Positions 47,540 to 56,456 of a DNA stretch of 64,000 nt are shown in pieces (within the stretch, counting starts at the first letter, position 1; the number at the start of each line of letters is the position of its first letter). The notes beneath the pieces were generated by a model. That model ran no database searches and was not told the DNA's origin. It saw only the letters and a list, made by a program, of their open reading frames with translations. The translations under genes were made by a program, and so were the position numbers. This DNA is from an uncultured Gammaproteobacteria bacterium (GTDB taxonomy: Bacteria; Pseudomonadota; Gammaproteobacteria; Steroidobacterales; Rariloculaceae): NCBI GenBank assembly GCA_963699925.1, contig CAVOVT010000007.1, positions 441,008 to 505,007 on the forward strand. The letters run 5' to 3'.

Positions 47540-47552
47540 GTGAGGCGTTCGA

Positions 47553-47786
47553 GTGGCCACCATTCAAGCTTCGGAATTCAAGGCCAAGTGTCTCGCACTG
47601 ATGGACCATGTCGCGAGAACAGGCGAGACGCTCACGATCACGAAAAACGGCAAGCCGGTCGCGGAGCTACGACCGCACCGCCCACCGCGCGCCAAAACAC
47701 TCATCGGGCTGCACAAGGGGCAGATCGAGATCAGCGGAGACATCGTGTCGCCGATCGATGCCGGGCTTTGGGAAGCTGCCGGGTGA
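47553..47786 (+). CDS. Phd/YefM family antitoxin
   Basis: IQASEFKAKCLALMD.V..TGE...ITKNGKPVAEL. Confidence 0.9.
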   Translation: MATIQASEFKAKCLALMDHVARTGETLTITKNGKPVAELRPHRPPRAKTLIGLHKGQIEISGDIVSPIDAGLWEAAG

Positions 47787-48184
47787 TTGTGCTCGACACG
47801 CACGTCCTGCTCTGGGCGGACAGCGATAACCGGAAGCTTGGGCGCAAGGCGCGCGCCACGATCGAACGCCGCTGGGCGAACGGCGAGCTCGCCGTGCCGG
47901 CCATTGCATTCTGGGAAGTCGGTCTGCTGCAGGCGCACGGCCGGCTTCACCTCTCGACGACAGTGCGTGAATGGCGGAACGCCGTGCTCACGGCCGGCGC
48001 CGTGGAGCTGCCACTCGACGGCAACATCGCGTTGCGCGCGCTCGACCTTGCCGGGCTGCATGACGATCCGGCCGACCGATTCATCGTCGCCACGGCGCTC
48101 GTTCATGAGGCAACGCTGATCACGGCCGATGAACGACTGCTGCGCTGGCAGCATTCGCTCGAAAGACAGGACGCAAGAAAGTAA
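47783..48184 (+). CDS. vapC: PIN-domain toxin
   Basis: VLDTHVLLW, FWE, HDDPADRFIVATA, LITAD; GTGA overlap with the antitoxin stop. Confidence 0.9.
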   Translation: MIVLDTHVLLWADSDNRKLGRKARATIERRWANGELAVPAIAFWEVGLLQAHGRLHLSTTVREWRNAVLTAGAVELPLDGNIALRALDLAGLHDDPADRFIVATALVHEATLITADERLLRWQHSLERQDARK

Positions 48185-48263
48185 CGCAGTCCAAAAGCTC
48201 ACGCTTGCACGAAGGGCGAAGCGCGGCGCGACCACCGCGTGCGTAGGAGCCCGCGACGGCGGC

Positions 48264-48484
48264 CGCGAAGGACCCGACCAAGGGCACCATCGCCGGCAGC
48301 GTCCAGGTCGACAGCGTCAACACGCGCGATCACGACCGCGACTCGCAGTTGCTCGAGAAGGACTGGTTCAATGCGAAGGAATTCCCCGAGGCGAAGTTCG
48401 AATCGCAGAAGATCGAGAAGACCGCGGACGGGTCTTATCAGGCGACCGGTAAGTTCACGCTCAAGGGCACGACGAAGCCCGCGG
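48264..48484 (+). pseudogene. duplicated internal yceI fragment (copy 2 of the 221-bp repeat)
   Basis: about 96% identical to 45603-45823; no start or stop of yceI. Confidence 0.9.
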
Positions 48485-48587
48485 CCGAGCTCAGACTTTG
48501 ACCTTGCGTCACGGGGTCCGTCGGACTACATAATCCAATTTCGACCCGTCGCGCGCCCGCCCAACGCGAACCGAGCGCGAGTGCTGC

Positions 48588-50354
48588 ATGAACGATCCCA
48601 GACCTGTCTACGACTTCGGACGATTTCGCCTCGACCCGCAACGTCGCAGGGTGCTGCTGCGCGCCGACGGCGCGGCGCTGGCACTTCCGCCCAGGGTATT
48701 CGACACGCTTCTGTGCCTCATCGAGCATCGCGGCGAGCTGGTCGAGAAGTCGAAGCTGATGGACCTGATATGGCCGCACACTTCAGTCGAGGAGAACAGC
48801 CTCAACCGCAACATTTCGCTGCTGCGGCGGGTCCTCGGCGAGAGGCCCGATGATCACCGCTTCATCGTGACCGCGCCCGGACAGGGCTATCGATTCGTGG
48901 CGGAGGTGAGTGTCGCGCACGCCTCGAGTGAGACCTCGGGGAGTGACGTCCCCTCTGATTCGACGCCAGCGGCATCGGCCACGGATGCGCCGCGGTCGGT
49001 GGCCGTGCTGCCATTCGCGAACCTCACCGGTGATCAAGCGAAGGACTATCTGTGCTCCGGCATCGCAGAAGAGCTCATCCACCGACTTTCACGCATTGAA
49101 GGGCTCAAGATTCCGGCGCGCACCTCCTCCTTCGCCTACAAGGACCGTGACGCGGACGTGCGACTGATCGCGCGCGAGCTTGGCGTCAAATCCGTGCTCG
49201 AAGGCAGCGTGCGCGCGGCGGCAGGGAAGCTGCGCATTACCGTCAAACTCGTCGACGGCGCGACCGGCTACCACACGTGGTCACAGAGCTTCGATCGCGC
49301 CCTGAACGACCTGTTGGCCCTGCAGGACGAGATAGCGGTCAGCGTCTTGGCAGCTCTCCCCGGCGCGCGCGAATTGCGTGCCGAAAGTCCGAGCGGACCA
49401 CCGACGCATACTGTGAGCGCCTACCGGCGGCTCATGGAAGCCGAATGGCTCTTGCAGAGCATTCCCAGCGAACGCAACGTCCGACGTGCGATCGAGCTCA
49501 TGCAACAGGTCGTCGGCGAGGACCCCCATTGTGCACGCGCGTTCGCAACCCTTGCCGCTGCGCATGCGATTTGCCACGGTATGCAGTACCCGATCGCCGA
49601 TGCGCTGAACGAATCAGAGCGGTACGCGCAGCGTGCGCTCGCGCTCGACGCCAGTGAATGGGACCCTTATGTAGCACTCGCCGAGGCGAGTCGCGTCCGC
49701 GGCCACTGGGAGGCCGCGGCGAAGAGTTACGCGGCGGGGATATCCGCCGGCCCCAACGCGCCAATGGCCTACGGGCGCCGCTCGATGGCGCTCTGGCTGA
49801 ATTTGGGCTATCTGCGGCTGGCCTTCGACGACGCGTTGCAGTCTCATTTGCTCGCGCCGGCCCGCCCTATAACCGCGCTCATCGTGGCGTTGGCGACAGT
49901 CGCTGCCTCACGCAATGAGGAAGCGGGCTGGTACATCGATCTCGTCAGCGAGCTGGGCTTTCCGCCGACCTTTGGGCATCTGCCCCTGATCGGAGCCCTG
50001 CTCGCGATTCGCTCCGGTCAGTCGACCGACTCCGCAGCTTCCGTGCATCCGGCAGATGTCGCGCTCGCGGGTTCGACGCCTGCGATCGCTGAAAAATGGG
50101 AATTGATCCGTCACGCGTTGCGCGGCGCCATGGACGAGGCGTATGCCTGCGCCCGTCGACTGCTGGACGGCGCGCGCTCCGTGGGCGAGGTCGGATCGGA
50201 GTGGTGGGTCATCTGGCTCGAGGAGATGCGCAGCTTTCGCCGCGACGAACGATTCCACCAGCTCAGCGTGGATCTGGGACTCAGCGACTATTGGCTGCGT
50301 AACGGTCCACCCGACGGGCACGAGCTGCGCAACGGCCGGCTGGTCGTTCCCTGA
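48588..50354 (+). CDS. CadC/ToxR-type winged-HTH + TolB-like + TPR transcriptional regulator
   Basis: YDFGRFRLD, WP...VEENSL..NIS.LRR.LG, GQGYRF; SVAVLPFANL, ARTSSF; TPRs. Confidence 0.85.
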   Translation: MNDPRPVYDFGRFRLDPQRRRVLLRADGAALALPPRVFDTLLCLIEHRGELVEKSKLMDLIWPHTSVEENSLNRNISLLRRVLGERPDDHRFIVTAPGQGYRFVAEVSVAHASSETSGSDVPSDSTPAASATDAPRSVAVLPFANLTGDQAKDYLCSGIAEELIHRLSRIEGLKIPARTSSFAYKDRDADVRLIARELGVKSVLEGSVRAAAGKLRITVKLVDGATGYHTWSQSFDRALNDLLALQDEIAVSVLAALPGARELRAESPSGPPTHTVSAYRRLMEAEWLLQSIPSERNVRRAIELMQQVVGEDPHCARAFATLAAAHAICHGMQYPIADALNESERYAQRALALDASEWDPYVALAEASRVRGHWEAAAKSYAAGISAGPNAPMAYGRRSMALWLNLGYLRLAFDDALQSHLLAPARPITALIVALATVAASRNEEAGWYIDLVSELGFPPTFGHLPLIGALLAIRSGQSTDSAASVHPADVALAGSTPAIAEKWELIRHALRGAMDEAYACARRLLDGARSVGEVGSEWWVIWLEEMRSFRRDERFHQLSVDLGLSDYWLRNGPPDGHELRNGRLVVP

Positions 50355-50412
50355 GCCACCTCGCGCGCCACCTCGCATGCCTCCGGGACATCTCAGAGCC
50401 GCGGGACCCCAA

Positions 50413-51168
50413 TCATCGGATGAGCCAGGCCGCGAGGCCGTGAATGAGGTCCGTTCTCGCGAGCATCACCCGAACGGGCGGCGACATCAGAAGCCAGAAG
50501 CAAACGCCCCAAACGTAGACAGGATGCACGCGGCGTCGCGTAAATGCGTCGTACAACGGTCCGGCCAGAATAAATGCGAGGATGACCGGGAGAGAGGCTG
50601 CGGGTCGTTCAGCGAACACGGGCCAACGACCAACTGCAGCGGCGATGAGTCCGCCGGTAGTTGCGAGCAACATGAGCCGCTTGTGCAGCTCGGGCCTCCG
50701 CCGAAAATAGAGAGCCGCGACGAAAAACGTCGCGAATACGAACAGACTCAGGAGATTGATGACCAGGGACTCGAGCGGATCTTGATTGAGCCCTCCATCG
50801 AAATGACCGAGTCTCGCGACAGCCACGGCGGCCACGAATCCCGATACGACCATCGCAACCGCGAGCGCCGCACCTGCGACACCCAACTTCCTATGGAGGT
50901 CGGTGCGCCCGGAAGCCACCAATGATGTTTGCACGACGAAGAGCACGACCCACGACGTGAAGATGGCGGCGTGAATATGGATGATCCTCGGGAGTGGCGG
51001 CGTTCCAAAGAACTGCTTCAGATAGTACGTAGTCGCGAACCCGTAGAAAATAGCCGCGGCGATTGCGATGGCTAGCGCCCGGTAAAATACGTGATCGGCC
51101 GATCTGGCAATCCAAGCCGATCTACTCGACGCGCTGATCCTCTCCACGGTGCCGGCAGCTTCGGCCAT
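50413..51168 (-). CDS. integral membrane hypothetical protein (about 7 TM)
   Basis: HIHA..F.SW...F.VQ, HRKLG, HKRLMLLAT, RRVHPV. Confidence 0.75.
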   Translation of the reverse strand: MAEAAGTVERISASSRSAWIARSADHVFYRALAIAIAAAIFYGFATTYYLKQFFGTPPLPRIIHIHAAIFTSWVVLFVVQTSLVASGRTDLHRKLGVAGAALAVAMVVSGFVAAVAVARLGHFDGGLNQDPLESLVINLLSLFVFATFFVAALYFRRRPELHKRLMLLATTGGLIAAAVGRWPVFAERPAASLPVILAFILAGPLYDAFTRRRVHPVYVWGVCFWLLMSPPVRVMLARTDLIHGLAAWLIR

Positions 51169-51373
51169 GTGCTCTCCCGACGTCCTCCAAACCAACGCAG
51201 GGACGAACCCGTTTGCGGGGATCAAGCATCGCAGAGAGATCCTGATCTTTCCTGTGCGGCCGGTGATTTTTTCTGACCGCGGTGACTTCGCCGTCGAACG
51301 CAGAAGCGGCTCGGCTCGCATTGGGTGCCTGTTGCGTCGCAGCTCCGGCGGTCGCAAGAGCAACGAGCGTTCG

Positions 51374-52639
51374 CTAGAGGCGGATGCCGGGCGCCGGAAA
51401 CGCCCTACAGAACTCGGCGACCTCCGCCCGAATCGCGTGCAGCGCGCGTTCGTCGTCGGCGACCGTGAACACACGATCGATCCAGCCCGCGACGGCGGCC
51501 ATGTGTTCCTCTCGCATGCCGCGCGACGTGATCGACGGCGTGCCGATCCGCAGCCCGCTCGGATCGAACGGCTTGCGGGGATCGAACGGGATCGTGTTGT
51601 AGTTGCACTCGATGCCGGCCTCGTGCAGCGCCTTGGCTGCGGGTTTGCCGGTGATCCCGCGCGGCGTCACGTCGATCAGGATCAGATGGTTGTCGGTGCC
51701 GCCCGAGATCAATCGGAAGCCACGCTCCTGCAGTGCCGCGGCGAGCGCCTTCGCGTTCGCGACGATCTGGCGGCCGTACGCTCGGAAGTCGTCGGTGGCC
51801 GCCTCCTTCAGCGCGACCGCGATCGCGGCCGTCGTGTGATTGTGCGGCCCGCCCTGGAGCCCCGGAAACACGGCGCGATCGATCTCCTTCGCGTGGCTCG
51901 TATCGGACAGGATCATGCCGCCGCGCGGGCCGCGCAGCGTCTTGTGCGTCGTCGTCGTCACGATCTTCGCGTGCGGATACGGGTGTGGGTGCGCGCCCGC
52001 GACGATGAGGCCCGCGATGTGCGCGATGTCGGCGACGAGCGTAGCGCCGACCGACGCGGCGATCTGCGCGAACCCCGCGTAGTCCCAGATCCGCGGATAC
52101 GCCGTGCCGCCGCAGAAGATGATCTTCGGCTTGGTCGCGCGCGCCAGCGCCTCGACGCGGTTCAAGTCGACGCGATGCGTCTCCGGATCGACGTCGTATT
52201 GCGACGAGTGGTACAGGATGCCCGAGAAGTTCACGCCCCAGCCGTGCGTGAGATGCCCGCCGAACGGCAGGCCGAGGCCCATCACGGGATCGCCGGGCTT
52301 CGCGAGCGCGAGATAGACGGCCTGATTGGCCGGCGAGCCCGAATACGGCTGCACGTTCGCGTGCGCCATGCCGAATAGCGCCTTCGCGCGCTCGATCGCG
52401 AGCGTCTCGACCCGATCGATGTAGTCCTGCCCCTCGTAATAGCGGCGACCCGGATAACCTTCGGAGTACTTGTTGTTCAGGATCGAGCCCGTCGCTTCCA
52501 TGACCGCGGCGGACGCGTAGTTCTCCGACGGGATCAAGCGGATGGACTCGTCCTGCCGTTTCGTCTCGAGACGAATCAACTCGTGGATCTCGGGATCGGT
52601 CGCTCGCAACGCTGAATTCTCGTCCGTCTCTCGGGACAT
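51374..52639 (-). CDS. glyA: serine hydroxymethyltransferase
   Basis: LIPSENY, KYSEGYPGRRYY, GGHLTHG, TTTTHKTLRGPRGG, FPGLQGGP, GTDNHL. Confidence 0.97.
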   Translation of the reverse strand: MSRETDENSALRATDPEIHELIRLETKRQDESIRLIPSENYASAAVMEATGSILNNKYSEGYPGRRYYEGQDYIDRVETLAIERAKALFGMAHANVQPYSGSPANQAVYLALAKPGDPVMGLGLPFGGHLTHGWGVNFSGILYHSSQYDVDPETHRVDLNRVEALARATKPKIIFCGGTAYPRIWDYAGFAQIAASVGATLVADIAHIAGLIVAGAHPHPYPHAKIVTTTTHKTLRGPRGGMILSDTSHAKEIDRAVFPGLQGGPHNHTTAAIAVALKEAATDDFRAYGRQIVANAKALAAALQERGFRLISGGTDNHLILIDVTPRGITGKPAAKALHEAGIECNYNTIPFDPRKPFDPSGLRIGTPSITSRGMREEHMAAVAGWIDRVFTVADDERALHAIRAEVAEFCRAFPAPGIRL

Positions 52640-52738
52640 TCGTATGTTTCCTCGGGGCTCTCCGCAGCGCGGGGGCGAATTCGCCGGGCGCATAGTCTAC
52701 AGGAGCGGTGTCGGCGGCGGGCGAGCGCTCCCGCTAGA

Positions 52739-54010
52739 ATGCGCAGCGTGCACTGGCGCTCGAACGTCGAACATCGTGTCGGCGGGGCCTGCGCCGTCCT
52801 CGCGGCAGTGCTCGTCTGCGCGAGGACGGCGTTCGCCGCGCTCCCGCCCGTGCCCGTCCCGGCCGAGAACCCGTTGACGGAGCCGAAACGCGTGCTGGGC
52901 AAGATGCTGTTCTGGGACGAGCAACTGTCGAGCGACCGCAGCATTGCGTGCGGCACGTGTCACCGTCCGGCCCAAGGCGGCGCGGATCCGCGTGTCGGCC
53001 GAAACCCCGGCGTGGACAAGGGCACGATCGACGACGTGCTCGGCTCTCCCGGCATCGTGAGCCTCGACCGCAACGGCGTTCCTACTCCGAGCCCGCAATT
53101 CGGCGACGGCCCGCAAGTCACGCCTCGGGCCGCGCCGTCCAATTTCGGAGCGCTATGGGCGGACGAGGTCTTCTGGGACGGCCGCGCCGGCTCGAAGGTC
53201 ACCGATCCGTTGACGGGCGCGACGGCTATCGCGCGCGGCGGCGCGCTCGAGAACCAGGTCCTCACGGCGCTGGTCGCGGCCGGCGAGATGGCCAAGCGCG
53301 ATCGCTCGTGGGCGGACGTGGTCGAGACGGTGGAGCACGCTCGGCCGCTCGCGCTCGCCAGCGACTTGCCGAAGGACGTCGAGGCTGCGCGAGGCGCGCG
53401 CGCTACCTACCCGGCGCTGTTCGCGGCCGCGTTCGGCGACGCGAGGATCACGCCGCTGCGCATCGCGTTCGCGATCGCGACCTACGAGCGGACGCTCGTG
53501 AGCGATCAGACGCCGTGGGATCGATATGAAGCGGGCGACTCGAGCGCGATCTCCGGCCGAGCGCTTTACGGCTGGCGAGCGCTACAAGCGTCTCACTGCA
53601 CTGCGTGCCACGCGCCGCCGCTATTCACGAACAACGAGTTCTTCGAGATCGGCGTGCGCCGCGCCGCGCTCGATCTCGGCCGGGAGCTCGTGACTCGCGA
53701 GCCCTCCGACGCCGGCGACATGAAGGTGCCGACGCTGCGCAACGCGGCGCTGTTGCCGCGCTTCATGCACACGGGCGAGCTCGGGAACCTCGGCGCGGCG
53801 ATCGCGTTCTACATCAACGCGCCGGCGTTGCCCGAGCGCGATGGCATCCCGGGCTTCGGGCTCTATACGTTCAACATGAGTCAGATCGACGTTGCCGACA
53901 TTCGGGAGTTCATCGAGCACGCGCTCGTGGACCCGCGCGTCCGTGACGAGACCTTTCCGTTCGACCGTCCGACGCTGCGCTCCGAACGGCTCGCCGCACC
54001 GCGCCCATAA
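52739..54010 (+). CDS. diheme cytochrome c peroxidase/MauG superfamily protein
   Basis: LGKMLFWD, CGTCH, FWDGRA, CTACH, KVPTLRN, FMHTG. Confidence 0.85.
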   Translation: MRSVHWRSNVEHRVGGACAVLAAVLVCARTAFAALPPVPVPAENPLTEPKRVLGKMLFWDEQLSSDRSIACGTCHRPAQGGADPRVGRNPGVDKGTIDDVLGSPGIVSLDRNGVPTPSPQFGDGPQVTPRAAPSNFGALWADEVFWDGRAGSKVTDPLTGATAIARGGALENQVLTALVAAGEMAKRDRSWADVVETVEHARPLALASDLPKDVEAARGARATYPALFAAAFGDARITPLRIAFAIATYERTLVSDQTPWDRYEAGDSSAISGRALYGWRALQASHCTACHAPPLFTNNEFFEIGVRRAALDLGRELVTREPSDAGDMKVPTLRNAALLPRFMHTGELGNLGAAIAFYINAPALPERDGIPGFGLYTFNMSQIDVADIREFIEHALVDPRVRDETFPFDRPTLRSERLAAPRP

Positions 54011-54126
54011 AGCATCGGTCATAACGAGCCGGCACATTGCCGCAAAGTTACGAAGAAGCTGCCGAGCGCGGCTGTCACTGCGGCGATCGTTCGCATACAA
54101 TCCGGGTTTGGTTGCGAGGGCGCCCG

Positions 54127-54307
54127 ATGAGCACGGAACAAGAAGAGACGTCGGCCGACGCAGCTCGGATCCCTCAGAGCCCCTTGGAGCCGAACGACGA
54201 GCGAGTCGCTCACGGACCTCCTCGACCGGTTAGACAGGGAAGCGTTTCGCCGCTCCCTCGAGCTGCGCGACGCGCGCTTGTCCGCACACGGCGCCCGTCG
54301 CCGCTGA
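54127..54307 (+). CDS. possible small protein (about 60 aa; needs one frameshift)
   Basis: TACAAT and GAGGG upstream; MSTEQEE...LTDLLDRLDREAFRRSLELRDARL. Confidence 0.3.
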
Positions 54308-54392
54308 TCCCTAGGTCTCTGTAGCCGCTACCCGCGTGGCTTGGCGCGTGGGGCGACCACGCGTCCGCACCTCTTGGCGCCGCTTCGCGGGC

Positions 54393-54452
54393 TGCAAGAA
54401 GAAATTCAAACGAATGCAACGTGTTGTGCAAATAACTGCAAAGAAAACGTAA
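54393..54452 (+). promoter_or_regulatory. six TGCAA-like units at about 11-bp spacing, candidate OmpR/PhoB-family binding array
   Basis: TGCAA 54393, TTCAA 54405, TGCAA 54415, 54427, 54437, CGTAA 54448 in an AT-rich patch. Confidence 0.5.
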
Positions 54453-54501
54453 AGACGAGCCCCTAACCTACTCAACGTCCAGGCTAACTTCAGGGGTCGG
54501 C

Positions 54502-55284
54502 ATGACGGGTGAGGTGTTCAACACCATTTGGCTGTCGGACGTCCACTTGGGCTCGCGGGACTGTCGAATCGGCCTGTTCTTGGATTTCCTGCGCAAGACG
54601 CGCTGCGAAACCCTGTACCTGGTCGGGGACATCATCGACATCGAGAGCCTGCGACGCAGCTTTTATTGGCCCGAGACCCACACCGAGGCGCTGCGGCTGC
54701 TCTTTAAGAAAAGTCAGGAAGGGACTCGCCTGATCTACGTGCCCGGCAACCATGACGCGGACCTGCGCGCGCTGGTCGGCGTTCGATTCGGCAACATCGA
54801 GGTTCACCGGCGGGCCGTGCACACGACACGAGCCGGGCGTCGCCTGGTCGTGCTCCACGGCGACGAGTTCGACGCAGTGTTGAAGTGCAGCGCTCTCGCG
54901 GTGATCTTCGCCGGCGCGGCCTATCGGACGCTGCTCACGCTGAATCGCTTCGTGCACTGGCTGCACGAGCTGCGCCGTCGTCCGTATTGGTCTCTCGCCC
55001 AGCACATCAAGGCGCGAATCGGCAACGCGGTTCGGTACATCGAGCAATTCCAGCGAGCGTCGCTGCGAGCCGCGGCCGATGGCGGCTTCGACGGCGTCGT
55101 TTGCGGCCACATCCACAAAGCCGATCTCGTCGAGCGCGACGGCCTCGTCTACTGCAACGACGGCGACTGGGTCGAGAGCTGCACGGCACTCGTCGAAGAT
55201 CTGAGCGGCGAGCTGCGGCTGTTGAGCTGGCGGCCTACGGTCGCCGTCGACACCGTTGCGGTTCCGTTACGCGACGCCGCGTGA
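54502..55284 (+). CDS. LpxH-like metallophosphoesterase, PlcP-type phospholipase C candidate
   Basis: WLSDVHLG, YLVGDIID, YVPGNHD, HGDEFD, YWSL, CGHIH, YCNDGDWVESCTALVE. Confidence 0.85.
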   Translation: MTGEVFNTIWLSDVHLGSRDCRIGLFLDFLRKTRCETLYLVGDIIDIESLRRSFYWPETHTEALRLLFKKSQEGTRLIYVPGNHDADLRALVGVRFGNIEVHRRAVHTTRAGRRLVVLHGDEFDAVLKCSALAVIFAGAAYRTLLTLNRFVHWLHELRRRPYWSLAQHIKARIGNAVRYIEQFQRASLRAAADGGFDGVVCGHIHKADLVERDGLVYCNDGDWVESCTALVEDLSGELRLLSWRPTVAVDTVAVPLRDAA

Positions 55285-55362
55285 TCTGCCGATGGCGCGT
55301 CCGAGCCGACGCGGCGCTATATCCTGATAACATCCGCGCAGTCGCGCGCCATTCGAGCCCCG

Positions 55363-55740
55363 ATGGCCAAGCCAGGCAACACAGGCTTACGCCGAGTCGT
55401 GAACGCAATGTTCTATTCCGTCGCCGGCCTGCGCGCCGCGTGGCGGACCGAAGCCGCGTTTCGACAGGAATGCGTGGCCGTCGTCGTGCTGATTCCTATT
55501 GCGGTGTGGCTCGGACAGAGTGCCGTGCAACGCGCGCTGCTGCTCGGCTCGTGCGTGCTCGTGCTGATCGTCGAGCTGCTGAACACGGCGATCGAGTTCG
55601 TCGTCGACCGCGTCGGCACGGATCATCACGAGCTGTCGGGCCGCGCGAAGGATCTCGGCTCGGCGGCCGTCTTCACGAGCATCGCGCTTGCGATGCTCGT
55701 CTGGGGCTTGATCGCGTGGGAACGCTTCGGCGCCCGCTAG
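55363..55740 (+). CDS. dgkA: diacylglycerol kinase
   Basis: EAAFRQE, ELLNTAIE..VD, AKDLGSAAV. Confidence 0.95.
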   Translation: MAKPGNTGLRRVVNAMFYSVAGLRAAWRTEAAFRQECVAVVVLIPIAVWLGQSAVQRALLLGSCVLVLIVELLNTAIEFVVDRVGTDHHELSGRAKDLGSAAVFTSIALAMLVWGLIAWERFGAR

Positions 55741-55751
55741 CGGGAGGTCGA

Positions 55752-56300
55752 TTAGAGCGCGGCGAGCGTGAGGCTACCCATCGCGAGGGCACCGCCGAGC
55801 AGTGCGCCGGCCGCGACGTCCGTCGGATAGTGCAAGCCGAGCACCACGCGCGACAGCGCGATCAGCAACGCGAGCGCCGCGAGCGCGGGGGCCCATGCCG
55901 GGAAGTAGGCGGCGAACAGCAGCGTGAACGAGATCGCGTGCAGCGTGTGTCCCGATGGGAAACTGTACCGGTCGAGCGGCACCGAGGCGCACTGGATTAC
56001 GGAGTGCGTGATGTACGGCCGCTCGCGCACGGCACGCGTCTTCACGAGCTTGTAGATCACCACGCCGACGAGCGCGGTCGCGCCCATATGGGCTGCCGCG
56101 AGGCCGCCGTGCGCACCGTAGATCAGCGGGAGCGCGAGCAGCAGGCCGTACCAGATCCATCCGTCGCCGAGCCAGCTGATCGCGCGAAACACCTGCCGGA
56201 CGAACGTCGAGCTGCTGGACCGATTCAGGTATCGGCAGAGGCGGAGCTCCGCTTGATCGAACCGCTCGAATGCGAGTCGTCGCGCCATGCTGCCATCCAC
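55752..56300 (-). CDS. PAP2 family phosphatase
   Basis: K....RERP, SFPSGH, SRVVLGLHYPTDV. Confidence 0.9.
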   Translation of the reverse strand: MDGSMARRLAFERFDQAELRLCRYLNRSSSSTFVRQVFRAISWLGDGWIWYGLLLALPLIYGAHGGLAAAHMGATALVGVVIYKLVKTRAVRERPYITHSVIQCASVPLDRYSFPSGHTLHAISFTLLFAAYFPAWAPALAALALLIALSRVVLGLHYPTDVAAGALLGGALAMGSLTLAAL

Positions 56301-56456
56301 ACGTCCCTGAGTTGCTCCAGGATGGGTACGACAAATGAAACGGTAGTGGCCAAATCGTGAATTTTTTCTTGCGGGCCCCTGAAGTTACTTAGTCCTTAAG
56401 AACTAAAGTGTAAACAACGGCCGTTAACATCTCGCAACGATGTTGGGGGAAGGCCT

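Noticed and set aside
47540-47782. N-terminal extension of the toxin in ORF 47540..48184
   Set aside because: It overlaps the antitoxin in another frame; the PIN domain starts at GTG 47783, coupled to the antitoxin stop
52640-52738. Possible ZMP/ZTP or glycine riboswitch upstream of glyA
   Set aside because: The spacer is short and shared with a divergent gene; conserved aptamer motifs were not recognisable
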